DNA from: Caldimicrobium thiodismutans
GTDB taxonomy: Bacteria; Desulfobacterota; Thermodesulfobacteria; Thermodesulfobacteriales; Thermodesulfobacteriaceae
Direction: 5' to 3'
Length of the DNA: 32,000 nt
NCBI RefSeq assembly: GCF_001548275.1
Contig: NZ_AP014945.1
Coordinates: 270,001 to 302,000, forward strand
A model generated the notes under the pieces. It saw only the letters and a program-made list of their open reading frames with translations. It made no database searches and was not told where the DNA came from. Positions 17,585 through 29,301 of the stretch are shown here, piece after piece (position 1 is the stretch's first letter; every line of letters starts with the position of its first letter). The position numbers were made by a program, and so were the translations under genes.

Positions 17585-19357
17585 ATGAAAAAGGGGAAAA
17601 TTTTTTTAATTAGCGGTATGGTTCTGGGTTTGCTTGCAGGTCCTACTTTTGGAGCAACTCAGGATGAACTTCTTCAAAAGATTGAACAGCTTTCCAGGGA
17701 ACTTGAGGCTTTAAAGTCTCAGCTTAAAGAGGTAAAGGAGAAACAGGCTTCTCAGGAAGAGAAGGTTTCAACGGTTGAGAAAACAGCAAAGACCCTTAAA
17801 GACAATCTTGCAGGAATCAAGATTTCAGGAGATATAAGAACGAGAATTGATTCAACCCGTGCAACCATTCCAAGAAATGCTTTTATGGTAGGACTTTTTG
17901 GTGATCAAACTTTTCTTTCTAATATGCGTACTATGCTATCAAACTTTAACATAAGTCCAAACTATGTTGGAAATACAACTGCTCCTTTTGGATTAACAGA
18001 TATTCACGGAAATAGATTAGATCTTACAGAGTTTAACAAAAAAACACGCTCTCATAAAGAGGAAAATGATTCCCTTTGGACCAACCGTTTGAGACTTGAT
18101 TTATCCTTTAAACCCACGGAGAATACTGCTGCTAAGGTTCGCCTTGCCTATAACAAGGCCTGGGGAGAGGGAGATGACTATTTTGGGCCCTATCTCTTTT
18201 TCCCCATGAAAAACAATTTCACCTATGGGGTGAGGCCTGATGATTCCCGCCTTTATGTAGATAGAGCCTATTTTAATATCAGCTATCTTTTTGATAAACC
18301 CATCTGGATCTCCTTTGGTAGAAGGCCAACCACCCATGGCACCCCTCAGGAATTCAGGGAAGGTCGCGAGAATAAGGATGCAACTCCCACTGCTATAAAT
18401 ATTGATGTTCCCTTTGATGGGGCAACGATTGGTTATGACTATGAATGGGGAAGAATCAGATTCTGTTATGGAAGGGGCTTTGAGTCCGGTTTTAAAATGC
18501 CCCTTGATAGAGCCAAGGATGATGTGGAGTTTTATGGGTTTAACTGGGATGTCTATGATGTAGATAATAAATTCCTGAACTTCCAGGCTTTCAAAGCTCA
18601 GGATATTATGGATTTCCCCAATGGGGATCTTTATATGTTTAATCCAGCTTTTGGAAGGTATATGCCAGCTCCTATGAGAGGAAGAACCAATCTTGGTGAT
18701 ATTTATGAAATCGGGCTTACCTGGACTCATAAAAATATCAAACTCTTTAATCTTGATGGGGTTGACTACTTTATCTCTCTTGGGATGAGTATAGCTGAGC
18801 CAAAAGCCATTGGAACATTCCCAATGGATATCTATTTTTCAAACGGAACAGATTATTTTCATGCGCAAGTGCCTTTATACTATACTCTTCTTAATGGCTT
18901 CAGCATGGATAAATCTCAAATTAAGAAGGATACTCGCACGGGTTATGCTGTCTATGCTGGTGTAAGAATCCCCATTCCTCAGATTAATGGAGCTAAGCTC
19001 GGGCTTGAATATAACTATGGCTCCAAGTGGTGGATGCCCTTCCACATTGGCTCAGATGATCCCTATATGAACAAACTCTCTACTCGTGGCCATGTGGCAG
19101 AAGTTTACTGGCAGCAAGATTTACCTGTTGGGCAGAAACTTACCAAGAATGCAAGAGCCCTCTTGAGACTTGGCTTCCAGTATTACTGGTTTGACTACTA
19201 TGGTTCAGCTAACTGGCTTGAAACCCCAAGAGATATTGATGATATTAAAAAATGGGTAAAATCAACCAATATGATGGATCAAATGAAAGCTATGACCATG
19301 TTTGTGCCCATTGAAAAGATGTGGAACCTTTACGGCTCTCTTGAGCTCTCCTTCTAA
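17585..19357 (+). CDS. Outer-membrane beta-barrel protein with signal peptide and N-terminal coiled coil (putative porin, DUF3373-like)
   Basis: AGGAGGTG SD lies 6 nt before the ATG at 17585; the track's GTG at 17576 sits inside the SD. Signal peptide MKKGKIFLISGMVLGLLAGPTFG/A. Heptad-rich QDELLQKIEQLSRELEALKSQLKEVKEKQ follows. The rest is long and Y/G/F/W-rich with alternating polarity, ending in an OMP-type C-terminal ...LELSF. Confidence 0.65.
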   Translation: MKKGKIFLISGMVLGLLAGPTFGATQDELLQKIEQLSRELEALKSQLKEVKEKQASQEEKVSTVEKTAKTLKDNLAGIKISGDIRTRIDSTRATIPRNAFMVGLFGDQTFLSNMRTMLSNFNISPNYVGNTTAPFGLTDIHGNRLDLTEFNKKTRSHKEENDSLWTNRLRLDLSFKPTENTAAKVRLAYNKAWGEGDDYFGPYLFFPMKNNFTYGVRPDDSRLYVDRAYFNISYLFDKPIWISFGRRPTTHGTPQEFREGRENKDATPTAINIDVPFDGATIGYDYEWGRIRFCYGRGFESGFKMPLDRAKDDVEFYGFNWDVYDVDNKFLNFQAFKAQDIMDFPNGDLYMFNPAFGRYMPAPMRGRTNLGDIYEIGLTWTHKNIKLFNLDGVDYFISLGMSIAEPKAIGTFPMDIYFSNGTDYFHAQVPLYYTLLNGFSMDKSQIKKDTRTGYAVYAGVRIPIPQINGAKLGLEYNYGSKWWMPFHIGSDDPYMNKLSTRGHVAEVYWQQDLPVGQKLTKNARALLRLGFQYYWFDYYGSANWLETPRDIDDIKKWVKSTNMMDQMKAMTMFVPIEKMWNLYGSLELSF

Positions 19358-19378
19358 AGGGAACTCTCACCTGAATTC

Positions 19379-19412
19379 AAAAGGGGGCTTTAAGCCCCCT
19401 TTTGATATTTTT
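19379..19412 (+). terminator. Rho-independent terminator after the porin gene
   Basis: AAAAGGGGGC-TTTAA-GCCCCCTTTT, followed by GATATTTTT. Confidence 0.8.
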
Positions 19413-19480
19413 AGGCCATCAATCTTAAGCCCTAAGTCCCTCTCTGGGAAAAGTAAGAGGCTGTGCTAAAATAATTTAGT

Positions 19481-20293
19481 ATGCGTAAGAAATGGTTTCT
19501 TTGGGCAGGAATTCTCTTTTTTCTATTTGTAGCCCTATTTTTACTCAAAACTGACCCTTTTAAGGGTATAGCCGGGATTTTTTTACAACCCTTCTGGAGG
19601 GCAGAAAGTTATTTAGCTCAGGAATTAAGAGATTTTTTTTCCAAATATCTTATTTTAATTGATGTCAAAAGGGAGAACCAGGCTTTAAAAGAACAGGTTC
19701 TTATTTTGAAACAGGAATTAGCTTATTATCAGGAAAGGGAAAATTTATACCAGAGATTGGAAAAACTGTTTAAGATCAGTGAAGGCTTTAAGCATCCTCA
19801 GGTTGTAGCCCGAATTGTTTATAAGGCTATTGATCCATACCTTGATCAAATAATTATTGACAAGGGGTCTAAGGATGGTCTTATGCCTCAGATGCCGGTG
19901 TTATCTCTTGTAGGTAATGAAGGGGTAGGCCTTGTGGGGCAGGTAGTTGAGGTTCACCGTAGTTGGAGTAGGGTGATTTTAATCACCGATCCCTCTTTTT
20001 CAGCAGATGTTAAGGTGTTAAGGACTCAGGAAAGAGGAATCCTCAAGGGAAAGGGTGAGCCTTATATAACCCTTGAGTTCCTACCCCTTTATTCCCAGGC
20101 TAAGGAAAGGGATATCCTTGTCACCTCAGGTCAGGATCTTCTTTTTCCACCTGGACTTCTGGTGGGAGAAATGGTCTCTGTTAATAAAGATGTGCAGGGC
20201 CTTTTTAAAAGAGCAGAAGTCAGGCCTTCTGTAGATATTTATAATCTTAGCTGGGTGGTAGTGCTACTCAAGGTTCCGGAGATTCCTATTTAA
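19481..20293 (+). CDS. mreC: Rod shape-determining protein MreC
   Basis: N-terminal TM helix, coiled coil (ENQALKEQVLILKQELAYYQ), then beta-barrel domains with MPVLSLVG...GLVGQVVEV and LVTSGQDLLFPPGLLVGEV-like motifs. Confidence 0.85.
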   Translation: MRKKWFLWAGILFFLFVALFLLKTDPFKGIAGIFLQPFWRAESYLAQELRDFFSKYLILIDVKRENQALKEQVLILKQELAYYQERENLYQRLEKLFKISEGFKHPQVVARIVYKAIDPYLDQIIIDKGSKDGLMPQMPVLSLVGNEGVGLVGQVVEVHRSWSRVILITDPSFSADVKVLRTQERGILKGKGEPYITLEFLPLYSQAKERDILVTSGQDLLFPPGLLVGEMVSVNKDVQGLFKRAEVRPSVDIYNLSWVVVLLKVPEIPI

Positions 20294-20296
20294 GAT

Positions 20297-20800
20297 ATGC
20301 CTGGAAAGGTTTTTTTTCTGAAATTCTTACCCTTCCTGGTTGTAGCTATCTTTTTAAGGGGTTTTTTTTCTCATATCTTTTATAATTTTCCCCTTGATTT
20401 TTTTTTAGGCTTTGTCCTTGGCCTTATCCCCCTTCTTACTTTTAACTTTTTTGCCCTTTTATCCATAGTTTTGGTATCCCTTTTAAAGGCTCTTGAAGAA
20501 AATTTACCCAGTTTTTTCTGGCTTTTTTATTACTTTTTTCTCTTCTGGGGTTTTTTTCAGCTGAAGAAACTCTTTAAAATCGAGACCAGAATTTTTAGAT
20601 ACTCCTTTTGGGGCTTAAGTGTGCTATCTTTTTTGATAATAAAACTCTTTTCTTTCTTTAGTTCCCTTGAACTTTATACCCTTACTTATTCTTTCTGGAT
20701 TCATCTCCTTGTGAAGACCTTTTTCTTTGGGCTTTTTAATTGGCTTTTTATCATAGTTTTTCATGCCTTTCTTTCTAAAATTTTAGTCTCTCCTGAGTAA
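20297..20800 (+). CDS. mreD: Rod shape-determining protein MreD (polytopic membrane protein)
   Basis: 167 aa and extremely hydrophobic and Phe-rich. It sits between mreC and mrdA. The call rests on position and topology rather than on motifs. Confidence 0.6.
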   Translation: MPGKVFFLKFLPFLVVAIFLRGFFSHIFYNFPLDFFLGFVLGLIPLLTFNFFALLSIVLVSLLKALEENLPSFFWLFYYFFLFWGFFQLKKLFKIETRIFRYSFWGLSVLSFLIIKLFSFFSSLELYTLTYSFWIHLLVKTFFFGLFNWLFIIVFHAFLSKILVSPE

Positions 20801-20805
20801 AGGTT

Positions 20806-22698
20806 ATGAAGATTGTAGATTTCAAGGAAAAGTGGCAAAAACAAGAAAAAGTTGAGGAGGTTTGGGAAAAAAGGCTTTTTTTTATTAAGTTGTTGATAAT
20901 TTTTTGTTTTGGTCTTCTCTGGCTAAGACTTTTTTATCTTCAGGTTATCAAACATCCTTACTATATGCAAAAGGCCAAGGCAAGATCCTTAGCAAGTTAT
21001 GTAATTAAGGCCCCCAGAGGTGAAATCATAACTGCAGATGGAGTGGTGGTAGCAACCAATAGAGCCATCTTTCAGCTTTATTTAGATCTTGAAACCTTGG
21101 AAGATGAAGAGGAGACCTTAAAAAAGTTGAGCCTGCTTTTAAAAGAGGATTTTGGAGCCCTAAAGGAGAGATATTATCTTGCCAAAAAGACCTATCTGGG
21201 AAGGATTCTTTTAAAAAGGGATTTGACCTGGGATGAGGTCTCAAGAATTATGGTGCGAAGGTATTATCTTCCGGGGGTATTGGTTGAAGCTGAGTCCGAA
21301 AGATATTATCCCTATGGGGAGGCCTATTTTCACCTCCTCGGGTATGTGGCAAGAGTTAATAAAGAGGAATATGAAAACCTCAAAAATAAAGGGTATTCTC
21401 CAGAGGATCTCATAGGGAAAAAAGGAATAGAGCGGATTTTTGAAGATTACCTACGGGGTCAAAATGGCCGCATTGAGATGGAAAGAGATGCTTATGGGCG
21501 GTTGGGTAAAGTTGTGGGAAGGACTTCTCCTGTGTCTGGAAATGATCTTATAATTACAGTTAGACACGATCTACAGATGAGGGCTTATGAACTCTTGAAG
21601 GATAAGAGAGGGGCTATAGTTGCGCTCTCACCTCAAGATGGTGCTCTTCTTACTCTTGTGAGTGCTCCTTCAGTGGATGCCAATAAATTTATTTCAGGCT
21701 TTGAACCAGGGGAATGGGAAAAGATCGCCCTTGATCCCAAAAAACCTCTTCTTAATAAGGCAATTCAGCCTTATCCTCCGGGTTCTACCTTTAAAATAAT
21801 TACTGCTCTGGCTGGGCTTGAGGCAGGAGTCATTAAAGGATTGAACTGGGGGGTATTCTGTCCAGGGTATTTTAACTACGGAAATCATATCTTTCGTTGT
21901 TGGGAAAGGAAAGGTCATGGAGGGGTTAATCTTATCAAGGCTATTGCTCAATCCTGCGATGTTTATTTTTATACGGTTGGTTCAAGAATAGATATAGACT
22001 TTTTGGCTAAGGTTTCTCGTTCCCTGGGTCTGGGTAAGGTCTCTGGTCTTGGTTATAGTGATGAAAAGCCAGGCCTTGTGCCAGATAGAGCCTGGAAACA
22101 AAAACGCTATAAAGAACCCTGGCAACAAGGAGAGACAGTTGTTGTGGCCATTGGTCAGGGGTATATTTTGACAACTCCCCTTCAGATGGCACGAGCTTAT
22201 ACGGTGGTTGCTAATGGAGGGTATCTCTACCAACCCTATGTGGTTAAGGAGGTCCGTTCTAAAACAGGAAAAATTCTTTATAAAGCAAGTTCTAAGCTTG
22301 AGGCCAAGGTAGAGTTCAGGCCTGAGCACCTGGATTGGGTTAGATCAGGGCTCAAAGAGGTGGTTGAGAGTGGCACGGGGAAAGCAGCCCGGGTTCCTGG
22401 ACTTTCTGTTTGGGGAAAAACCGGAACCGCACAGGTTGTGGCCCTGCAGAAAAGGACCAAACAATATGAACATCATGCCTGGTTTGTAAGTTATGCTGGG
22501 AATTCTACTCCAGAGGTTGTTTCCGCTGTTTTAGTTGAACACGGAGGAGGTGGGGGTGCTGTAGCTGCACCTATAGCTGGCGAATTGTATAGAGCTTTTT
22601 ATAAAATACCCTCACTCTTAAAGCCAGAGTTACCAGAAAATATAGAGGAGCTTCCCCAAGGAACTGAGGAGAATTATGGAAATTCTACAACGCCTTAA
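20806..22698 (+). CDS. mrdA: Penicillin-binding protein 2 (elongasome transpeptidase)
   Basis: N-terminal TM anchor and PBP dimerisation domain. Transpeptidase motifs are STFK (PPGSTFKIIT), S-x-D (AQSCDVYF) and KTGT (WGKTGTAQV). Confidence 0.9.
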   Translation: MKIVDFKEKWQKQEKVEEVWEKRLFFIKLLIIFCFGLLWLRLFYLQVIKHPYYMQKAKARSLASYVIKAPRGEIITADGVVVATNRAIFQLYLDLETLEDEEETLKKLSLLLKEDFGALKERYYLAKKTYLGRILLKRDLTWDEVSRIMVRRYYLPGVLVEAESERYYPYGEAYFHLLGYVARVNKEEYENLKNKGYSPEDLIGKKGIERIFEDYLRGQNGRIEMERDAYGRLGKVVGRTSPVSGNDLIITVRHDLQMRAYELLKDKRGAIVALSPQDGALLTLVSAPSVDANKFISGFEPGEWEKIALDPKKPLLNKAIQPYPPGSTFKIITALAGLEAGVIKGLNWGVFCPGYFNYGNHIFRCWERKGHGGVNLIKAIAQSCDVYFYTVGSRIDIDFLAKVSRSLGLGKVSGLGYSDEKPGLVPDRAWKQKRYKEPWQQGETVVVAIGQGYILTTPLQMARAYTVVANGGYLYQPYVVKEVRSKTGKILYKASSKLEAKVEFRPEHLDWVRSGLKEVVESGTGKAARVPGLSVWGKTGTAQVVALQKRTKQYEHHAWFVSYAGNSTPEVVSAVLVEHGGGGGAVAAPIAGELYRAFYKIPSLLKPELPENIEELPQGTEENYGNSTTP

Positions 22699-23764
22699 AA
22701 TCTTTATAAAAGAGAACTTCTTAGCTGTTTTAACTCTTCTTGCCCTTGTGGGTATAAATATCTTAAATCAAATGAACATGGGAGATTCAGGCAATTTTTT
22801 TTGGAAAAATCTTATCTGGCAAACTTTTGGATTATTGATTTTTTTGGTGATCACCCTTTATTTTGATTATCGGCGCATCTCTTTGGAATTAATCTGGATC
22901 TTATATGGCTTAATGTTACTTTTATTGATAATTCTTGCCCTGTTTAAAAAAAGGTGGCTTGTCCTTGGTCCCTTAAGTTTTCAACCCTCTGAGTTTTTAA
23001 AAATAATAATAATCTATCTTCTTAGTCTCATTATGGAGAAAAAGAAAAATCTAAAATTAGAGACTGGAGAGGCCCTTTTTTTGCTTGTGGTAATTGCTTT
23101 GCCTTTATTGTTTTTGCTGCCTGTTGACCTTGACTACGCCTTTATCATTGGGCTAATGTTTGTAAGTTTTCTCCTGGCCCTTGGATTTCCCAAAAGGCTT
23201 TTTATAGGGCTTTGTAGTATATTTATTCTTATTATGGTTATTGCGGTTCCTATTGTCTGGAATAAATTGAAGCCTCATCAAAAGGGCAGAATCTATGGTT
23301 ATCTTGATCCTGAAAAGTATTACAAGACCTGGGGATACCAGCTCAATCAGTCTCTTATTGCTATAGGTTCCGGAGGAGTGAAAGGGCAGGGATTTCAAAA
23401 AGGCTGGTCAACGAGATTAAATTATTTACCAGCTAAAAATACAGATCTTGCTTTTTCTGTCTGGGCTGAAGCCTTTGGTTTTCTGGGAAATACCCTTTTT
23501 CTTTTTCTTTATGGGTATCTCCTTTTTTGGGGATTAAATCTATCCCGAAAGGCAAAGGACTACTTAGGAAGATCCCTGAGCCTTGGAATAGTAATTATCT
23601 TTTTATGGCAGGCCTTTTTTAATATTGGCGGAGCAACAGGCCTTCTCCCTATGACCAGTATCCCTCAACCCTTTCTTAGTTATGGTGGATCTGTTACGAT
23701 TTCAACTTATTTAATGCTGTCAATTTTATTTAATATAGCCTTTAGAAAGTATTTTTTTAAATAG
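22676..23764 (+). CDS. rodA: SEDS-family peptidoglycan glycosyltransferase RodA
   Basis: Multi-TM FtsW/RodA/SpoVE pattern: PSEFLKIIIIYLL, GYQLNQSLIAIGSGGVKGQGF, TDLAFSVWAEAFGF, PFLSYGGS. Follows mrdA with a 23-nt overlap. Confidence 0.9.
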   Translation: MEILQRLKIFIKENFLAVLTLLALVGINILNQMNMGDSGNFFWKNLIWQTFGLLIFLVITLYFDYRRISLELIWILYGLMLLLLIILALFKKRWLVLGPLSFQPSEFLKIIIIYLLSLIMEKKKNLKLETGEALFLLVVIALPLLFLLPVDLDYAFIIGLMFVSFLLALGFPKRLFIGLCSIFILIMVIAVPIVWNKLKPHQKGRIYGYLDPEKYYKTWGYQLNQSLIAIGSGGVKGQGFQKGWSTRLNYLPAKNTDLAFSVWAEAFGFLGNTLFLFLYGYLLFWGLNLSRKAKDYLGRSLSLGIVIIFLWQAFFNIGGATGLLPMTSIPQPFLSYGGSVTISTYLMLSILFNIAFRKYFFK

Positions 23765-23790
23765 CTTTAATTTTTAATAAGAAAGGAGGC

Positions 23791-23818
23791 TTGACTTTCT
23801 GAAAATTTTTAATAATCT
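23791..23818 (+). promoter_or_regulatory. Candidate promoter of the atp (b'-epsilon) operon
   Basis: TTGACT (23791-23796), 16-nt spacer, TAATCT (23813-23818). The SD GAAGGGGTGAAGGG precedes the ATG at 23866. Confidence 0.3.
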
Positions 23819-23865
23819 GATGTGGTTAAAAGATTTAGAAAATTTTTTTTAGAAGGGGTGAAGGG

Positions 23866-24291
23866 ATGCTCAAGTTTGATATAACACTTCTTGTGCAAAT
23901 AATTGAGGCCTTAGTCCTTGCTTTTCTTTTAAACATTATTTTGATCAAGCCGGTGATGAGTTTCCTTGAAGAAAGAAAAAGACAATTTGGAAGCTTGGAA
24001 AAGGAGATTGACGAGCTTCTTTCTCAGGCAGAAGAGGGGCTTAAGAATTACTATGAAGCCTTGAATCAAGCCAGATCTGAAGGAGCTTTGAAAAGAGAGG
24101 CTTTAAAGGAAGAGGCAAGAAAAATTGAAAAGGAAGAGCTTCAGAAGGTGATGAAAGAGATTGAGGCCCAAAAAAGAGAATGGGAAAATGCCTTTAAAGC
24201 TGAGTTTGCAAAGCTCAGAGAGAGTGTCCTTGCTCAAAAGGACTACTTTGCCAATCTCATGGTTGAGAAACTCCTTGGGAGGAGGGTATGA
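23866..24291 (+). CDS. atpF2: F0F1 ATP synthase subunit b' (second stalk subunit)
   Basis: Single N-terminal TM helix followed by a long charged helix (EERKRQF...). First of two b-type genes ahead of delta. Confidence 0.75.
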   Translation: MLKFDITLLVQIIEALVLAFLLNIILIKPVMSFLEERKRQFGSLEKEIDELLSQAEEGLKNYYEALNQARSEGALKREALKEEARKIEKEELQKVMKEIEAQKREWENAFKAEFAKLRESVLAQKDYFANLMVEKLLGRRV

Positions 24292-24875
24292 AAACCTTCA
24301 ATAAGATCTTCTTTCTTTTTGTCCTTTTATTTGGTTTAAGTGTTGGTGTTGGGTATTCTGCCGAGGAAGGCGGACATGGAGTTACACCTTCTCAGATTAA
24401 AAATCTTATCTGGTGGTCTGTAAATTTTCTTGCCCTGATAGTTCTTCTTTATAAACTTCTTAAAAAGCCAGTAGTTAATTTTTTTAAATCCAGACAGGAA
24501 AATCTTCTGAAACAATATGAAGAGCTTTTGGCTAAAAAGAAAGAGGCAGAAGCAAAGTATCTTGAACTTCAGGAAAAGGTTAAGAATTTAAAGGAAGAGG
24601 CAGAGACTATTTATCAAAATTACATAGAGCAAGGCATTAGAGAAAAGGAAAAGATTCTTGAAGAGGCTAAGCTACAGGCAGCTCGACTTAAGGAACAGGC
24701 TCAACTTTATATTTCTCAGGAGATGGAAAAGGCTAAGGATATTTTAAGGGTTGAACTTGCTCAGGAGGCGGTTAAGCTTGCAGAGGAGATACTTAGAAAG
24801 AATGTTACTGAGGAGGATCAGAAGGTCCTTTATAAAAACTTTGTAGAACAAATAAAAGGGAGGAGTCTGAATTGA
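24288..24875 (+). CDS. atpF: F0F1 ATP synthase subunit b
   Basis: An N-terminal hydrophobic segment, a second TM helix (LIWWSVNFLALIVLLY), then a long E/K-rich helix. Lies immediately upstream of atpH. Confidence 0.8.
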   Translation: MKTFNKIFFLFVLLFGLSVGVGYSAEEGGHGVTPSQIKNLIWWSVNFLALIVLLYKLLKKPVVNFFKSRQENLLKQYEELLAKKKEAEAKYLELQEKVKNLKEEAETIYQNYIEQGIREKEKILEEAKLQAARLKEQAQLYISQEMEKAKDILRVELAQEAVKLAEEILRKNVTEEDQKVLYKNFVEQIKGRSLN

Positions 24876-25417
24876 GAGCCGTAGCCACTGCCCTTAAGTA
24901 TGCTAAAGGTCTATTTATTGCAGCTAAAGAATTAAATAAGGTAAAGGAATTTGGAGAAGAATTAGAAAATTTAGCGACAGGTCTTAAAGGCTATCCAGAG
25001 ATTTTGCAGGCCCTTCAAAGTCCAATTTATCCCCCTGATATTAAGCAGGAGATCCTTCAAGAGATTTTATCTTATTTTAAGGTTGATCCAGAGATAGAGA
25101 GATTCCTAAAACTTCTTGTTGAAAGAAGAAGGATTCAGTTTCTTGAAGAGATTGTAGCTATGTATCAGGCTCTTCTTGATGAGGAGCTTGGAAGGGCAAG
25201 GGGAGAAGTAATTACAGCTTTTCCCATTAGTGATGATGAGAGGGTGGAGCTTGAAAGGGCCCTTCAAACGCTTTTAAAGAAAGAGGTCATTCTTGAAGCC
25301 AAAGTGGATCCCGAAATTATAGGTGGGGTTAAAGTAAAAGTTGGAGACTATATCCTTGATGGAACCCTTAAATCTCAGCTTGAAAAATTTAAAGAAATCA
25401 TTATAAAGGGGGTATAA
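24872..25417 (+). CDS. atpH: F0F1 ATP synthase subunit delta (OSCP)
   Basis: OSCP pattern YAKGLF..., ...DPEIIGGVKVKVGDYILDGTLKSQLEKF. TTG start overlaps the atpF stop, with GGGAGGAG SD. Confidence 0.85.
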   Translation: MRAVATALKYAKGLFIAAKELNKVKEFGEELENLATGLKGYPEILQALQSPIYPPDIKQEILQEILSYFKVDPEIERFLKLLVERRRIQFLEEIVAMYQALLDEELGRARGEVITAFPISDDERVELERALQTLLKKEVILEAKVDPEIIGGVKVKVGDYILDGTLKSQLEKFKEIIIKGV

Positions 25418-25420
25418 CCG

Positions 25421-26965
25421 ATGGAAGCGATTAAGGCTCAAGAACTCAGTGATCTGATTAAAAAGAGAATTGAGGAGTTTGAGAAAAAAATAAATCTTGA
25501 GGAGATGGGAGTTGTTATATCCGTTGCAGATGGTGTTGCCCGTGTTTTTGGTTTGAGAAACTGTGAATATATGGAATTGGTTGAGTTTCCTGAAAGTGGA
25601 GAGGTAGGAGTCGCTCTTAACCTTGAGTTTGACAATGTAGGTATCCCGGTAATGGGAGATTATACCAAGATTAAAGAAGGGGATACCGCCAAAAGAACTG
25701 GCCAGGTAGCCTCTATTCCCGTTGGAGAAGCTGTTATTGGAAGGGTCATTGACCCAGTGGGAAGACCTATTGATGGAAAAGGGCCTATTGAGTCCAAAGA
25801 ATACCGCAGAATTGAGATTAAAGCCCCTGGAATTATTCAGAGAAAACCCGTTAATGAGCCTATGATTACAGGAGTTAAGGCTGTAGATGCTATGACCCCT
25901 ATAGGAAGAGGCCAGAGAGAGCTTATTCTCGGGGATAGGCAAACAGGTAAAACTGCAATTGCCATTGATGCTATTTTAGCCCAGAAGGAAACGGATGTCT
26001 ATTGCATTTATTGTGCCATCGGGCAGAAAAAATCAACAGTGGCCCAGATAATTGAAATTCTTCGCAGATATGGAGCTATGGAATATACAACCGTTGTTGC
26101 AGCTTGTGCTTCAGATTCAGCTGCCCTTCAGTGGATTGCCCCTTATTCAGCTTGTGCTCTTGGAGAATACTTCCGGGATACAGGAAGGCATGCCCTTGTG
26201 ATTTATGATGACCTTTCTAAACAGGCAGCTGAGTATCGTGAAATTTCATTGCTTTTGAGAAGACCTCCTGGTAGAGAGGCCTTCCCGGGAGATGTCTTCT
26301 ATAACCATTCAAGGCTTCTTGAAAGGGCAGCTAAACTTGATGATAAATATGGTGGCGGTTCTCTTACTGCCCTTCCCATAGTTGAAACCCTTCAGGGAGA
26401 TGTTTCTGCCTATATTCCTACTAATGTTATTTCCATTACTGATGGACAGATCTATCTTGAGCCAGGGCTATTCTTTGCTGGTATTCGTCCAGCTATTAAT
26501 GTAGGACTTTCTGTATCTCGAGTAGGAGGATCTGCCCAGATCAAAGCCATGCGTCAGGTAGCAGGAAGGCTCAGGCTTGAGCTTGCACAGTATAGAGAAT
26601 TAGCAGCCTTTGCTCAGTTTGGATCAGAGCTTGATAAGGCTACCCAGAGAGTTCTGCACAGGGGGGCAAGGCTTGTTGAAATTCTAAAACAGCCTCAGTA
26701 TCAACCCCTTCCTGTTGAAAAACAGGTCTGTATCCTTTTTGCCGGAACCAGAGGCTTTCTTGATGAGATGCCCCTTGAGGTCTTAGCTCAGTATGAGAGA
26801 GAACTTTATGAATTTATAGAGAGAAAATATCCTGAAATTTATAAAGAAATTAAAGAGAAAAAGGAGATAACCCCTGACCTTGAAGAAAAGATGAAGAAAG
26901 CCTTAGGAGAATTTAATGAGGAATTTAAAAAATCCAATAATGTTGAACCTGTTCCTGTTCCATAA
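25421..26965 (+). CDS. atpA: F0F1 ATP synthase subunit alpha
   Basis: Walker [45 protein letters not shown] and ITDGQIYLE. Confidence 0.97.
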   Translation: MEAIKAQELSDLIKKRIEEFEKKINLEEMGVVISVADGVARVFGLRNCEYMELVEFPESGEVGVALNLEFDNVGIPVMGDYTKIKEGDTAKRTGQVASIPVGEAVIGRVIDPVGRPIDGKGPIESKEYRRIEIKAPGIIQRKPVNEPMITGVKAVDAMTPIGRGQRELILGDRQTGKTAIAIDAILAQKETDVYCIYCAIGQKKSTVAQIIEILRRYGAMEYTTVVAACASDSAALQWIAPYSACALGEYFRDTGRHALVIYDDLSKQAAEYREISLLLRRPPGREAFPGDVFYNHSRLLERAAKLDDKYGGGSLTALPIVETLQGDVSAYIPTNVISITDGQIYLEPGLFFAGIRPAINVGLSVSRVGGSAQIKAMRQVAGRLRLELAQYRELAAFAQFGSELDKATQRVLHRGARLVEILKQPQYQPLPVEKQVCILFAGTRGFLDEMPLEVLAQYERELYEFIERKYPEIYKEIKEKKEITPDLEEKMKKALGEFNEEFKKSNNVEPVPVP

Positions 26966-26979
26966 GGGGGTAATGTAAG

Positions 26980-27849
26980 ATGCCAAGTTTAAGGGATTTG
27001 CGTAAGAAAATAGATGCCATTAAAAAGATTGGCCAGATTACTAAGGCTATGAACATGGTGGCCTCAGCCAAGCTGAGGACACTGCAGGGGCGTTTAGAGG
27101 GATTTAGGCCCTACGGGCAAAAATTTGATGAGGTTCTTGCCCAGCTACTCAGTGCTCCGGGTTTAAATAAAGGTAGAATTCCTTATTTACAGGCCAAGGA
27201 TTCTGTCAAAAAAGTTGGATTAATTTTAATCACAGCTGATAGAGGGCTATGTGGAGCCTTTAATAGTAACCTTATTCGTGAGGCGGAGCTCCAGATTAAA
27301 AAATTTCAGGGAGAAGGGAAACAGATAGAGATGATTCTTGTGGGGAAGCGAGGTATAAGTTATTTTAGGAGAAGATTCCCTGTAAGAGAGGCCTTTGGAG
27401 ATGTGATGAGTAGAGTTTTAATGCAGGATGCCAGGCGTATTGCCAGATCTGCTATAACCGCCTTTCTTGAAGGGGAATGGGATGAAGTATATCTAATTTA
27501 TGGATATTTTGTAAATCTTATCAGGCAAAATCCCAGGACAGAGAGATTTCTACCTCTTTCTTTTGAGGTTAAAGAAAGAAAGGCAACGGGCTCATATATG
27601 TATGAACCCGATGAGGAAGAGCTTTTACCTCAGATTTTACCCCTCTACTTGAATACAAAGATCTTTTCTGCAATGCTTGAGACAGCAGTTAGTGAACAGG
27701 CTGCTCGTATGACAGCTATGGATAATGCTAACAGGGCTTGCACTGATATGGTCAAACAGCTAACCCTTTATTATAATAAAGTAAGGCAGGCCAGCATCAC
27801 TAAGGAGCTTATGGATATTGTTGGTGGTGCTGAGGCTATAAAAGGATAA
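26980..27849 (+). CDS. atpG: F0F1 ATP synthase subunit gamma
   Basis: LRKKIDAIKKIGQITKAMNMVASAKL, ADRGLCGAFN and the C-terminal ITKELMDIVGGAEA. Confidence 0.95.
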   Translation: MPSLRDLRKKIDAIKKIGQITKAMNMVASAKLRTLQGRLEGFRPYGQKFDEVLAQLLSAPGLNKGRIPYLQAKDSVKKVGLILITADRGLCGAFNSNLIREAELQIKKFQGEGKQIEMILVGKRGISYFRRRFPVREAFGDVMSRVLMQDARRIARSAITAFLEGEWDEVYLIYGYFVNLIRQNPRTERFLPLSFEVKERKATGSYMYEPDEEELLPQILPLYLNTKIFSAMLETAVSEQAARMTAMDNANRACTDMVKQLTLYYNKVRQASITKELMDIVGGAEAIKG

Positions 27850-27855
27850 AAGTAA

Positions 27856-29289
<1,434 letters not shown>

Positions 29290-29301
29290 GGAGGAATAAT
29301 T

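Noticed and set aside
20297-20800. Multiple T8-T9 homopolymer runs inside mreD as potential phase-variation tracts
   Set aside because: They simply encode Phe-rich membrane segments in an AT-rich genome. mreD is an essential-type morphogenesis gene, and no frameshifted alternative ORF continues past the tracts.
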